Shown here: positions 19,521 to 29,816 of the stretch, in pieces
How the letters are laid out: each line of letters starts with the position of its first letter
How positions within the stretch are numbered: the first letter of the stretch is position 1
From: PVC group bacterium
GTDB taxonomy: Bacteria > Verrucomicrobiota > Kiritimatiellia > CAIKKV01
NCBI GenBank assembly: GCA_945898015.1
Contig: CAMDGM010000003.1
Span: 14,618-78,617 of the forward strand
Reading direction: 5' to 3'
DNA length: 64,000 nucleotides
Notes under the pieces: generated by a model
Told to the model about the DNA's origin: nothing
Databases searched by the model: none
The model's input: the letters and a program-made list of their open reading frames with translations, nothing else
Translations under genes and position numbers: made by a program

Positions 19521-21428
19521 TTATTGGGGGGATCGGATCCAGCGGGCGATGGCGTCGGCCGCGAGGCGGGGTTTGGGCGCCCGGCCGGGGAACCATTTGT
19601 TCACCGGCTGGTCGAGGCAGACGCCGTGCATGAAGTTGTAGGTGGCCCGGCGCAGGCAGGCTTCGAGCTCCACCGGATCCGGAGCGCCCGGTTCCGTGAA
19701 AGGAATTTCGTTGCAGGCGAATCCGCCGGCCGGCCGGGGCAGGAGCCGGATGCTGTAGCGGTCCGGCTCCCGGGCCATGGGGCTGTGCGCGGTGAGCGCG
19801 AAGCGATGCCAGAAGGCGGACTGCAGGAGGCCCGCTGAAAAACATTGCCGGACAAACTCCAGGCCGTCCACGGTTTCCTGAAGGGTCTGGGTGGGGAACC
19901 CGGTCATCAGGTAGGCGTGCACCCGGATGCCCGCGTTGGCGAAAGCCGAACAGGCCCGGGCGGCATCCTTGAGCGTGATGCCCTTGTCCATCAGCGCCAG
20001 CAACCGGTCGTGCGCGCATTCCAGGCCGCCCGTCACCGCCACGCAACCGGCGGCCGCCATCTTAGCGGCCAGCTCCGGGGTGAACCCTTTTTCGAACCGG
20101 ATGTTGCCCCACCAGACGGCGGGCACGCCGCGGGCCGTGAGGCGGTCCGAAAGACCGGCGAGCAGGCCGGGGGCCAGCGCTTCGTCGGTGAAATGGAATC
20201 CGGCGCGGCCCGTGCGGGCGATCAGCGTTTCCAGCTTGTCCGCGAGCGCCTCGGCCGGCGTGGGGGAATAGCGGGCGATGTAGGGAAGCGAGACGTCGCA
20301 GAAGCGGCACCGGTGCCAGTAGCAGCCGCGCGCGGCGGGCAGCTTGAGCCACAGGCCGTCCGACCAGAGCCGGTGCATGGGGTTGGCCGATTCGGCCAGT
20401 CCGATGTACTGGTCGAGCGGCAGCGCCTCATACGCCGGCGTGATGGTCGCCAGGGGCGGCGGATCGGGCTCGCCGGCCGGGACGTCGAGGAATACGACCT
20501 TGCCGGCGCGCCGGACAAAGGTGCGGACGAGTTGATCATCACCGATCTTTCCGGCGGCATGGTGGATGGCGCGAAGGAGGGGGAGTTCGCCGTCATCGAG
20601 CGTGACGTAATCCACGAGATCGAACAGGCGGGGCTCGGTGAGGCTGCGCAATTCGGTGTTCACATAGCCGCCGCCGAGCGCGATGCGGATGGCGGGGTTT
20701 TGTTTTTTCAGGACGCGGGCGATGCGGAGCGCGGCATATAGCGTGCCCGGAAAGGGAACGGTCAGGCCGGCGAATCCGGGCTTGTGCCGGGCGCCGGCTT
20801 CGGAGGCGAGATCGTCGATCAGCCGGTCCGTGAAAGAGGGCGGGGCGGCGAGCGCGGCGGCCAGCGGCGTGAAATCAGAGGCGCTGACCGCGAGATGGTC
20901 GGCATAGCGGGCGAAGGCGAAGCGGGGATCCAGGCCGTCGCGTATGGCATCGGCGAGGTCGTCGAGGAAGAGGCTGGCGAGGTGGCGGGCCTTGTCGCGC
21001 ACATCGGCGGGCCCGAAGGCGTCGAGGGGGCTGGGCGTGGCGTCGAGGGGTTGGAAGCGGGGGCCTTCCGGCAGGTAGGCGCGGGCGGCGATCCGGTAGG
21101 CGAGGGTGTCGTTTCGGTTTTGGAGAAATTGAATGACGGGGTCGATGGCGGATTGGCAGGCGGGCGCGTGCTTGAGGACGTGGCGGACGGACGGGGCGCG
21201 GGAGGCGGGCCGTGCGGCGCGGAGCGCGGCTTCGATTTGGAGGAGTCCATCGCGCGAGAAGAGGCGGAGCGCGAGGGCGAGGGAAAGGTCCTCCTGGATG
21301 CAGGGCTGGCCGCGGACCTGGAGGAAACCAGCCAGCCAGGCGGTGGCGGGGTAGGGCGCGTTGATCTGGACCAGGGGCGGGGTCAGCAACAGCACGGGGC
21401 TGGCGGTTGGCGGACGGGAGGATTTCAT
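19521..21428 (-). CDS. B12-binding-domain radical SAM protein
   Basis: QINAPYPA, GGGYVNTELR, GCYWHRCRFCD cluster motif, HAYLMTGFP. Confidence 0.92.
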   Translation of the reverse strand: MKSSRPPTASPVLLLTPPLVQINAPYPATAWLAGFLQVRGQPCIQEDLSLALALRLFSRDGLLQIEAALRAARPASRAPSVRHVLKHAPACQSAIDPVIQFLQNRNDTLAYRIAARAYLPEGPRFQPLDATPSPLDAFGPADVRDKARHLASLFLDDLADAIRDGLDPRFAFARYADHLAVSASDFTPLAAALAAPPSFTDRLIDDLASEAGARHKPGFAGLTVPFPGTLYAALRIARVLKKQNPAIRIALGGGYVNTELRSLTEPRLFDLVDYVTLDDGELPLLRAIHHAAGKIGDDQLVRTFVRRAGKVVFLDVPAGEPDPPPLATITPAYEALPLDQYIGLAESANPMHRLWSDGLWLKLPAARGCYWHRCRFCDVSLPYIARYSPTPAEALADKLETLIARTGRAGFHFTDEALAPGLLAGLSDRLTARGVPAVWWGNIRFEKGFTPELAAKMAAAGCVAVTGGLECAHDRLLALMDKGITLKDAARACSAFANAGIRVHAYLMTGFPTQTLQETVDGLEFVRQCFSAGLLQSAFWHRFALTAHSPMAREPDRYSIRLLPRPAGGFACNEIPFTEPGAPDPVELEACLRRATYNFMHGVCLDQPVNKWFPGRAPKPRLAADAIARWIRSPQ

Positions 21429-21513
21429 AACGGGGGGAAGGATAGCGGGTATGGGCCGGGATGGAAAGCGGGATTGTCGGGCGGGTCTGGGAAGCGGGTT
21501 GGCTGCCTGTGCG

Positions 21514-21726
21514 GCTTGCGGCGTTTCGGGCGTTAATAGGCGGCCGCTTTCGGGCGGATCCGGTTTCCGGCTAGAGGCGTCGGGGCACGAGCCCACGCCA
21601 CCTCGCCGTCAACCGGCTGCGCCTCGAAACCGGCTCGCCCATTTCCGCCTGATCGAAACGCCGCAAGCCCAAGCCCCTCGCGCGCCCGAAGGGCGGCGCG
21701 CGATTTCGGTTCCCGTGAAAAGCCCG
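21514..21726 (-). repeat. Long-hairpin element copy 4 (hairpin 21514-21668, short hairpin 21679-21703, tail)
   Basis: Close direct copy of 6813-7041. Confidence 0.9.
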
Positions 21727-21789
21727 ATGACAATATATTTACAAGTGCCGGCTTGAAAAAGGCGTGATTACCCGCATACTGGGCGCAAG

Positions 21790-23793
21790 ATGAAAACGAA
21801 ACTTGTTTTGATCATGGCTGGTTTTGTCCTTCTCGCTATCTTGCCGCAGACCGCCCCGGCCGCAGACGAGCGACCGGACTGGTGGCAGGTACAGCGCGAA
21901 CTGGATGGCGTCCTTCTGAATGGAGGAACGAATATCGCCGACCTGGTGAGGGCGGCTACCAACGGAGCCTTCCCCACCGCGCATGATGCCTTGTTCCAGG
22001 CGAGCGTGTTCATGCGCGCGGGCATGAATCAGGCGGCCATCGGGGCGCTGAAGGAACTGAAGGCAAAATGCCCCGGGCTGGACAATTACCAGGTCTCGGG
22101 CCTCTATCAGGACGCGGGCGAACACCGTCAGGCCTGGGAGCTGGCCCGGGCCATCGCCGAAATCTTCTCGGACAACATATCCAGCCTGGCGTTGTGCAAC
22201 GGTCTGTTCGATTCCTTTGAACAGGCCGGCTGGTCCGTCGATCGCGTCGACGCCTGGCTGGCCGATCGGGGTACCGGCCGCGACGGCTTCTGGGTCAAGG
22301 AGCGGCTCCAGTTCAACCGGAAACACGACCGCGGCGACGATCTTATCCGCGATCTGGAGCAAGGCGTGAACGACTCGCCTACGAATGCCGAAGTGGCCGT
22401 TGCCTTTTTGGAGGCGATTACTTATGCGCAGCCCTTTGCCAAGGGCGCGTTGAATCTGGCCTGGCTCACCCAGACGGTCAAGCCGGGCCTGGCAACCGGG
22501 GCGAGTGAAATCGCCGCTCGTCTTGAACAGTTGGCGGATTGGACCAACGCGGCGTTCTTTTTCCGGCAGGCGATCGCCATTCCTTTGACGGGTGATGAGG
22601 TCAGACAGTTGGGCGAAATGCGCCAGGTCATGATACCGTTTCCGATGATGGAGGCGGAATTCGCGGTCGGCGTTCGGGAAGGCTTGGCGCGCGTGCTCTT
22701 GAAGATGGGCCTGCCCGGGGAGGCGCAGTTGTGGATGGTGGAGGCGCAGGACATCCGGGAGAAAAACAAGCTGGGGCACGGCTCCTTGCTGGCCGGGCAA
22801 GTCCAGGGGGAGAGCGGGCAGCGGAGGATTGAGGAACGGATTCTGGCGGAGGAACAGAAATCGGAAACGGACCCCGAATACTGGCGTGAGCGGGCGCGGT
22901 ATTACCGGGGCCGGAAAGAGCCGGCGCAGGAAGAGGCGGCGCTAAAAAAAGGCCTTGCGCTGACTACGCCGCAGCTGGAACCGGAGCACACGTTCAAGGG
23001 CAAGGGGCACACGGATTGGCGCAGTTGGATGTTGTCGGATTACGCGGCCTTTCTGGCGCGGGAAAAGCGCCCGGCAGAAGCCGTGGCCCTGCTCCGAAAG
23101 GAGATCGAGGTCGCGCCTGCGAGTGCGGAATCGGCTACGCGGGCAGCCCGCATCCTGGCCTTTGACTTCGAGAAGGAGGTCCGGGTGGAGGACGATGTGT
23201 TGTGGGCCTGGCTGACCGGCCGGCCGAAATGGGAATTCACGGAGGAACGGCTATTGTGGCGGATGTTGGAGAATGCGAAGCGCGAGGTGTTGGAGGCGCC
23301 TTTTGCGCGCGCCGAAAAATTAGCCGCCGGCGCCGACCCGACCCGCGCCCGGACGCTGGGTTGGATCATGAACCGCATGGGTTTTCCGAAACGCTCCATT
23401 TCCCTGCTCGAATATGCGGTGGAGCGGGCGGCGGACAAGGATTTCAAGGCGACGGCGGCCTTTACGCTGTTCGAGTCGTACCTGGACATTGCGGATTGGG
23501 TGAAGGCGGAAAGGGTTTTCCCGGAGGCGGGAAAGCAACTTACGCCCTCTGAGTTGCCTGTGTGGTATGCGAAGATCGCGGTCATCGCCGCGAAGGCGGG
23601 CGAGGGGAAGGAGGCTATGCGGATTTTTAGAAAGCTGGCGAATTTGGCTCCGACCGCCACGAACGAGGTTGACGAGCTGGCCCGGTATGGCCTACGGAAG
23701 GACTTGATCGCCTTTTATCGCGCCATGCAGCAGGCGCTTCCGGAATCCGAGGTGCCGGGAAAGGTGCTGAAGAATCTGGACGCGAAACCGTGA
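21790..23793 (+). CDS. Secreted helical-repeat (TPR-like) hypothetical protein
   Basis: Signal peptide and amphipathic helical pattern over 667 aa. Confidence 0.75.
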   Translation: MKTKLVLIMAGFVLLAILPQTAPAADERPDWWQVQRELDGVLLNGGTNIADLVRAATNGAFPTAHDALFQASVFMRAGMNQAAIGALKELKAKCPGLDNYQVSGLYQDAGEHRQAWELARAIAEIFSDNISSLALCNGLFDSFEQAGWSVDRVDAWLADRGTGRDGFWVKERLQFNRKHDRGDDLIRDLEQGVNDSPTNAEVAVAFLEAITYAQPFAKGALNLAWLTQTVKPGLATGASEIAARLEQLADWTNAAFFFRQAIAIPLTGDEVRQLGEMRQVMIPFPMMEAEFAVGVREGLARVLLKMGLPGEAQLWMVEAQDIREKNKLGHGSLLAGQVQGESGQRRIEERILAEEQKSETDPEYWRERARYYRGRKEPAQEEAALKKGLALTTPQLEPEHTFKGKGHTDWRSWMLSDYAAFLAREKRPAEAVALLRKEIEVAPASAESATRAARILAFDFEKEVRVEDDVLWAWLTGRPKWEFTEERLLWRMLENAKREVLEAPFARAEKLAAGADPTRARTLGWIMNRMGFPKRSISLLEYAVERAADKDFKATAAFTLFESYLDIADWVKAERVFPEAGKQLTPSELPVWYAKIAVIAAKAGEGKEAMRIFRKLANLAPTATNEVDELARYGLRKDLIAFYRAMQQALPESEVPGKVLKNLDAKP

Positions 23794-23806
23794 TGTGCCA
23801 ATTGTT

Positions 23807-24718
23807 TTATCCGACTGTTTCTATCAGGTCCTTCTGCACCACGGCGCCGGGCCGGGTCATCAGAGCGGGCCCGATTTTGCGGCCCGGATAGATCGAGGTG
23901 TGGATGCCGGTGTGGACGTGGTCGCCCAGGATGGCGCCGAGTTTCCGGAGGCCGGTATCGACCAGCACGCCGCCGACCATGGAGCGGTGGTTATTTCCAT
24001 CATGCCGGAAATTGGCGCAGATGGTGCCGGCTCCGAAGTTGACCTCTTCGCCGATGACGGAGTCGCCGCAATAGCTCAGGTGGCCGATGGCCGTGCCGTT
24101 CATGATGATCGAGTTCTTGACCTCCACCGACTGGCCGATGTGGCAGCGGTCGCCGATGCTGGTGTTTCCTCGGATGAAGCAATTAGGCCCGATTTTGCAG
24201 TCGGCGCCGATCATGACATTGCCTTCGACGTAGACGCCTGGCAGGAGGCGCGAGCGGGGCCCCAGGATCAGAATGCCCTCGAGGTGGGCGGCCGCATGGA
24301 CGCTGCCATCGATCCGGGATTCCGTCAGCGCGGCCAGCAGCTGTTCATTGACGCGGAGCAGATCCCAGGGGTAACGGATCCGAAAGCTGTCGGCGTCCGC
24401 CAGAAAGGCCGGCGCTGCGGACGGGACGCCGGTGCGGGGCCCCGACCAGGCCAGAAGATCCTTTTTGGCGTCGATCAGCGACCAGGTTCCGGGGCGGGCG
24501 GCGCAGGCCGCAAGCGTGGCGGTCGAGAGCCAGGCGTCGCCCCGGACGAAGAGGCTGTTTGCCCCGGTGGCGGTGAGGGCCAGTCCGGCGCGGGCCAGGC
24601 GCTCGCGTTGGATATCGGCCAGCGGCCGGTTGGCCACGGGACAGGCGGCGAGGTCGCGTGTGCAGGTGATCGGGTGGAGGGTTTCGGGGCGTCCGGCGTC
24701 GAGGAGTTCCGCGTTCAT
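23807..24718 (-). CDS. GlmU-like left-handed beta-helix acetyltransferase with a reduced nucleotidyltransferase N-terminus
   Basis: IGPNCFIRG, EVKNS, HLSYCGDS, NFGAGT, RKLGAILGD; ATGA overlap with glmM. Confidence 0.85.
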   Translation of the reverse strand: MNAELLDAGRPETLHPITCTRDLAACPVANRPLADIQRERLARAGLALTATGANSLFVRGDAWLSTATLAACAARPGTWSLIDAKKDLLAWSGPRTGVPSAAPAFLADADSFRIRYPWDLLRVNEQLLAALTESRIDGSVHAAAHLEGILILGPRSRLLPGVYVEGNVMIGADCKIGPNCFIRGNTSIGDRCHIGQSVEVKNSIIMNGTAIGHLSYCGDSVIGEEVNFGAGTICANFRHDGNNHRSMVGGVLVDTGLRKLGAILGDHVHTGIHTSIYPGRKIGPALMTRPGAVVQKDLIETVG

Positions 24719-26067
24719 GCGTCCAGATCCTTTCCCACGGCCGCGGTCAACTCCTGGATCCAATGCGCCACCGCCTGCTGGGTTTTGGCTTCCACCAGGA
24801 GGCGGATCTTATTTTCGGTGCCCGAGTAGCGCACGATGAGGCGGCCGTCATGTCCCAGTGCCGTGGTTCCGGCGGCGATGGCTCGGGTGAGCGTCGGCAG
24901 CGTGTCGAGCGGCTTCTTGGTTTTCACCGGGAGGCTGACCAGCGTCTGGGGATATTCGCTCATGCAGTCGGCCAGGTCGCGCAGGGAGGCGCCCTGGACC
25001 TTCATGAGCTTGAGCACCTGCAGGGCGGTGATGATGCCGTCTCCGGTGGTGGCGTAATCCATGAAGATCACGTGCCCGCTCTTTTCACCGCCGACGTTGA
25101 ATCCCTCACGGCGCATGCGGTCGATCACCTGGCGGTCGCCGACATCGGTCACGTCCACGCGGATGCCGTGGCGGTGCATAGCCTCGTGCAGGCCGAGGTT
25201 GCTCATGGTGGTGGCCACGAGCGTGTCGCGGGCGAGGACGTGGCGGGCTTTGAAGTCGATGGCGCACAGGGCGAGGATGCGGTCGCCGTCGATCACGCGG
25301 CCGGCGGCGTCGGTGAAGATGACGCGGTCGGCATCGCCGTCGAAGGCGATGCCGATATTGGCGTGCTGTTCGACCACGAGCTTGCCCGCGGCTTCAGGGT
25401 GCAATGCGCCGCAGCCGTTGTTGATGTTGTAGCCGTCGGGCTCGGTGAAGATCTTGGTCACCTGGGCGCCGAGCTCCTTGAAGATCAGGGGGGCCATGGA
25501 GTAGGCGGCGCCGTTGGCGCAATCGAGCACGATTTTCAGGCCGACCAGGTCCTGGTTCTTGATGGAGCTTTTCGCGAACTCGATGTAGCGGCCCCGGGCG
25601 TCGTCGATGCGGTAGGCCTTGCCGAGCTGGTCGCTGCGGATGTGGTCGCTGGTGAGCTGTTTCGTGCCCACGTGGCGGGCGATCTCGTCCTCGATGTCGT
25701 CGCTGACCTTGAAGCCGTCGCGGCCGAAGATCTTGATGCCGTTGTCGTCCGAGGGGTTGTGGGAGGCGGTGAGCATGAGACCGACGTCGGCGGCCATGGA
25801 GCGGGCGAGGTGGGCGACGGCGGGGGTGGGGACGGGGCCGACGAGCAGGACGTCCATGCCCATGGAGACGAGGCCGCTGGTCAGCGCGGTTTCGAGCATG
25901 TAGCCGGAGAGGCGGGTGTCCTTGCCGATGACGGCGCGGCGCGAGCCGTGGCCGGTGGCCTTGAAGACGTGGCCGATCGCCTTGCCGACCTGCAGCGCGA
26001 TTTCGGGGGTGATGGGATAGCGGTTCGCCTGACCCCGGATACCGTCGGTGCCGAAAAGTCGTTCCAT
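24715..26067 (-). CDS. glmM: Phosphoglucosamine mutase
   Basis: FGTDGIRG, TASHNP, DGDADR, GGEKSGH, RYSGTE. Confidence 0.97.
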   Translation of the reverse strand: MERLFGTDGIRGQANRYPITPEIALQVGKAIGHVFKATGHGSRRAVIGKDTRLSGYMLETALTSGLVSMGMDVLLVGPVPTPAVAHLARSMAADVGLMLTASHNPSDDNGIKIFGRDGFKVSDDIEDEIARHVGTKQLTSDHIRSDQLGKAYRIDDARGRYIEFAKSSIKNQDLVGLKIVLDCANGAAYSMAPLIFKELGAQVTKIFTEPDGYNINNGCGALHPEAAGKLVVEQHANIGIAFDGDADRVIFTDAAGRVIDGDRILALCAIDFKARHVLARDTLVATTMSNLGLHEAMHRHGIRVDVTDVGDRQVIDRMRREGFNVGGEKSGHVIFMDYATTGDGIITALQVLKLMKVQGASLRDLADCMSEYPQTLVSLPVKTKKPLDTLPTLTRAIAAGTTALGHDGRLIVRYSGTENKIRLLVEAKTQQAVAHWIQELTAAVGKDLDA

Positions 26068-26231
26068 GGTTTGCCTCTGTGTGAGCCGAGGGGGCCCGTA
26101 CCGGTTGCTTTTCAAGCCATACTATAGAGAGCGGCCTTTCCCCTGACAAGCTCTTCTCCGCGGCTTGTCTGGGAGTGACAACGGCCGGAGCGCGGCGTAA
26201 AGTGGCGGGCATGGTTAAAGGAGTGTGATTC

Positions 26232-27878
26232 ATGAAAGTGGTGATCGTTGGCGGGGTGGCGGCGGGGATGTCGTGTGCGGCCCGGCTGAGGCGGCTTGAT
26301 GAACAGGCGCAGATCGTGGTGCTGGAAAAAGACGAATATGTGTCCTTTGCCAATTGCGGGCTGCCGTATCATATCGGCGGCGTGATTGCGGATCGCGACG
26401 ACCTGCTGGTGCAGACGCCTCAGTCGCTGAAGGGGTCGCTGAATCTGGATGTGCGCCCGTTTTCCGAAGTCACGGCCATTGACCGGGCGGCGAAGCACGT
26501 GAGCGTGAAGGAACGCAAGACCGGCAAAACGTATTTCGAATCCTACGACAAGTTGGTCCTCGCCACCGGCGCCCGGGGATTGCGGCCGCCGCTGCCGGGC
26601 TTGGCGCATCCCGCCATTCATGAATTGCGCACGGTCGCGGACATGGATGCCATCCTTGCCCGGCTGGGGCAGGGCGCCAAACGGGCGGTGGTGATGGGCG
26701 GGTTCATCGGCGTCGAAGCGGCGGAGAACCTCGTCCGCCGCGGGCTGGAGGTCACGCTGGTCGAGAAAATGCCGCAGATCATGGGGCCCCTGGATCCCGA
26801 GATGGCGGCCTATGTCCAGGGAGAATTGGAAACGAACGGTGTTCGGGTGGTGACCGGGTGCGGGGTGTCGGGGTTTGCCGATGCCGGCGGGGCGGTGCAT
26901 GTGACGCTGGAGGACGGCCGGAGTCTGGAATCCGATCTGGTGGTGCTGGCGATCGGGTCCGTGCCGAACAGCGACTTGGCGCGGGCGGCGGGCTTGACGC
27001 TGGGGCGGAGCCAGGGCGTGGTGGTGAACGACAGGATGCAGACGTCGGACCCGGATGTGTATGCGGCCGGCGACGTGGTGGAGACCCGTGAATTCGTGAC
27101 GGGCGCGCCGGCGTTCATTCCCATGGCGGGGCCCGCGAACCGGCAGGGCCGGCTGGTGGCGGATCAGATTGCGGGGCGGGACCTCCGCTACCGGGGGACG
27201 CAGGGAACGGCGATGATCCAGGTTTTCAAGATGAGCGCGGGCCTGACGGGGCTGACCGAGAAGGCGCTGAAGCGGGCGGGGGTGGCGTATCGGAAGGTCT
27301 ATCTGCATCCGAACGGGCATGCCGGGTATTTTCCCGGCACCCAGGCCCTGCATTTCAAGCTGCTGTTTTCACCGGATGGAAAAGCGATCCTGGGCGCGCA
27401 GATTTGCGGGTATGACGGGGTGGACAAGCGGATCGACGTGATCGCCACGGCCATGCGGGGCGGGCTGGGGGTGTTCGACCTGGAGCATCTGGAGCTGGGC
27501 TATGCCCCGCCCTACAGCTCGGCCAAGGATCCGGTCAACATGGCGGGCTTCATTGCGTCCAACCTGTTGCGCGGGGATGTGGCGTTCTGGTATGCCGAGG
27601 AGTATCCGGAGAAGACGACGGGGACGGTGCTGCTGGACGTGCGGGGCAAGGGCGAGTTCGAGGCGTGGCACATTCCGGGCGCGGTGAATCTGCCGCTGCC
27701 CGCGCTGCGGGCGGCGTGCGGGGCGCTGGACCCGTCGCGTGAATATCGCGTCTACTGCAAGGTCGGGTTCCGCAGCTACCTGGCCTATCGCATCCTTGCG
27801 CAGCATGGGTTCAAGGCGGCCACCCTGGCCGGCGGCGGCGAGTTGTTCCGCGTCATGTATCCGGGCGTGAAGCCGTAG
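26232..27878 (+). CDS. CoA-disulfide reductase / NADH persulfide reductase with C-terminal rhodanese domain
   Basis: GGVAAG, SFANCGLPY, YAPPYS, rhodanese YCKVGFRSY. Confidence 0.93.
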   Translation: MKVVIVGGVAAGMSCAARLRRLDEQAQIVVLEKDEYVSFANCGLPYHIGGVIADRDDLLVQTPQSLKGSLNLDVRPFSEVTAIDRAAKHVSVKERKTGKTYFESYDKLVLATGARGLRPPLPGLAHPAIHELRTVADMDAILARLGQGAKRAVVMGGFIGVEAAENLVRRGLEVTLVEKMPQIMGPLDPEMAAYVQGELETNGVRVVTGCGVSGFADAGGAVHVTLEDGRSLESDLVVLAIGSVPNSDLARAAGLTLGRSQGVVVNDRMQTSDPDVYAAGDVVETREFVTGAPAFIPMAGPANRQGRLVADQIAGRDLRYRGTQGTAMIQVFKMSAGLTGLTEKALKRAGVAYRKVYLHPNGHAGYFPGTQALHFKLLFSPDGKAILGAQICGYDGVDKRIDVIATAMRGGLGVFDLEHLELGYAPPYSSAKDPVNMAGFIASNLLRGDVAFWYAEEYPEKTTGTVLLDVRGKGEFEAWHIPGAVNLPLPALRAACGALDPSREYRVYCKVGFRSYLAYRILAQHGFKAATLAGGGELFRVMYPGVKP

Positions 27879-27951
27879 CGCCGGACGGGTGTATTTGGGC
27901 CCGGCCGGTTTTCGCCGAGACGGTTCACCCGCCGGGCTGTTGTCGCGTGCT

Positions 27952-28890
27952 TTATCGCCCTGTTGGCCGCGAAGCAGGCCTTGCATATTCGAAGACAAAG
28001 CGCGCGCCAAGCCCGGCGCTCCATGCGGTGTAGTCATCCTCGTTGTTGGCGCAGGAAACGGACTCCCAGTGGGCATAGGTGAATAACTCCATCCAGGGCC
28101 GAACCCGGTAAGCCGCCCAGCTGCCCAGATGCAACGGGGTTTCCTGATGCGCTTTATCGGCAACGTCTTCGTCGTAGGCCCAGCTTTCGTAGGCAATCCA
28201 ACCGCCGAGGGTCAGGCAGGCGGTGGGGCTGAATTCGGCCCCAAGCGTTCCACCCAAGCCCTCAAATTCGGCTTCCGGAGCACTCGAAATGTTTTTTTCA
28301 ATCATGAATTCAGCCCAGAGGCTTGTCTGGCGGGACACGTGCCATCGCCATTCGGGCCGAAGAGCGATAAGGGTATCCACCCGGGCAAGGGTCGAGGTGT
28401 AAGCCGAGGTATCATACGCCGTCCTCCGCCAATAGCCTTTCAGAATCCACTCGGCAGAGAGGTGTTCCAGAGAATGGCCGACAGAGGGTTCGGCCTGCAG
28501 GAACACGGCATCGTTCTCCGGCAGGGCCTCGTCGTTTAAGAATCCCGTCGCGACGATGGCGCCAAAATTATAACGATCTCCCAGGGCTCGTCCCCGCGCC
28601 TGGAGCAGGCCCTCTTCCTTGTGCGCAGGCTCCTCTTTTTCATATTGCATGCGACTGTAATCGAACACGAGCGAGGCTTCCGCCTGCTCGTTGATCAGGA
28701 ACACATCCAGGCCGGACGCGCCTCCCCAGCAGGCAGATCCTGATCCGGCGCCCGGCTCCTGAAGGCGGTTGTTTTCGTACCCGCCTTGTGTTTCCAGACG
28801 TGGGGAGAGGAAAAGGTCCGCCGCGAACGCGGGCGGGGCCGCCATGAGGATCCCGAGAAATAAAGCGCGCAGCAAAGGCGGCTTGGTCAC
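27952..28890 (-). CDS. Putative outer-membrane beta-barrel protein
   Basis: Signal peptide and alternating beta-strand pattern; last gene of the ECF operon. Confidence 0.7.
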   Translation of the reverse strand: MTKPPLLRALFLGILMAAPPAFAADLFLSPRLETQGGYENNRLQEPGAGSGSACWGGASGLDVFLINEQAEASLVFDYSRMQYEKEEPAHKEEGLLQARGRALGDRYNFGAIVATGFLNDEALPENDAVFLQAEPSVGHSLEHLSAEWILKGYWRRTAYDTSAYTSTLARVDTLIALRPEWRWHVSRQTSLWAEFMIEKNISSAPEAEFEGLGGTLGAEFSPTACLTLGGWIAYESWAYDEDVADKAHQETPLHLGSWAAYRVRPWMELFTYAHWESVSCANNEDDYTAWSAGLGARFVFEYARPASRPTGR

Positions 28891-29813
28891 GCCTGACTTC
28901 TTCCGTTTTGGCGCCGGCGCAGTTGCTCCGTGCCGGGCGCCCCTGGTCCGGGCGCACGGTTCGGCCCGTCGACGTGCTTGGGTCCGGCCGTACCCGTTCC
29001 GGCGGGGTCGACGTGAACAGGCCCCTGGCCAGGCGAGGCGTCCGCCTGGTTCCGCGGGGCGACAACCTGCCTCTTACCGGCTCCGACATCCCCGTTTCCG
29101 CCGGCGCATTCCTGGCCCCAGAGACGCTGGCGGATCCGATCGCCGTCCACATGGGCCTTGTGCTGTTGAATGGCGAACCGGGAGGCCCGGACCACTTCGG
29201 AGCGGCGCAGGTTCCGGTCGATAAAGTCAGCCATCATCGGGCCGACGGTGGCATCATCCATATCGTTCAACCGCATGGTTTCGCCGGCTTCGATGATGCT
29301 TTGTATCCGGTCGCTCTGGCTGCCGTTCCCCCGCGCCAGGACCAGGTTCACCGTCTTGGCCTCAAGTCCGCTTTCCAGGGCCAGCGCGACGGTCTTCAGC
29401 AGATTGTCGTTCTCCGTTTTCCGCGCGCCATAGCCGGTTTCCTTTAACACCTCCGCGGCCGTCCGGAGGGTCGCCAGCCGCGCCTGTCCAGCCTGCAGCA
29501 AGATATTCGCCCCGGCTTTCTTTGCCGCCCCTTCTTCCAGGCGCACCAGCACGGCGTCGGAGGGCAATCCCTGGCGGGCCGCTTCTGCGACCGGCGCCAG
29601 GCAGTCGTGCGCCGCCTCGCCGGAAAGGCCGTTGGCTTTCATGGCGTTCATCAGCCGGTGCCATCGGCCCGCGTCTAAATCGGCAGGTTTTTCATTCAAC
29701 AGCCTTTCCCAGGAGCCGCCTCCGTCTGGCGGAGCTTCCCCCCCCAGGCCAGGCTCTATCAGATGGGCCAGCAGCACGATGAGGCTGCCCCTCCGGATGA
29801 ATCGGGTAATCAT
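28887..29813 (-). CDS. Exported helical hypothetical protein with a G/P-rich tail
   Basis: 308-aa ORF translationally coupled within the ECF operon; N-terminal hydrophobic segment. Confidence 0.75.
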   Translation of the reverse strand: MITRFIRRGSLIVLLAHLIEPGLGGEAPPDGGGSWERLLNEKPADLDAGRWHRLMNAMKANGLSGEAAHDCLAPVAEAARQGLPSDAVLVRLEEGAAKKAGANILLQAGQARLATLRTAAEVLKETGYGARKTENDNLLKTVALALESGLEAKTVNLVLARGNGSQSDRIQSIIEAGETMRLNDMDDATVGPMMADFIDRNLRRSEVVRASRFAIQQHKAHVDGDRIRQRLWGQECAGGNGDVGAGKRQVVAPRNQADASPGQGPVHVDPAGTGTAGPKHVDGPNRAPGPGAPGTEQLRRRQNGRSQA

Positions 29814-29816
29814 AAA

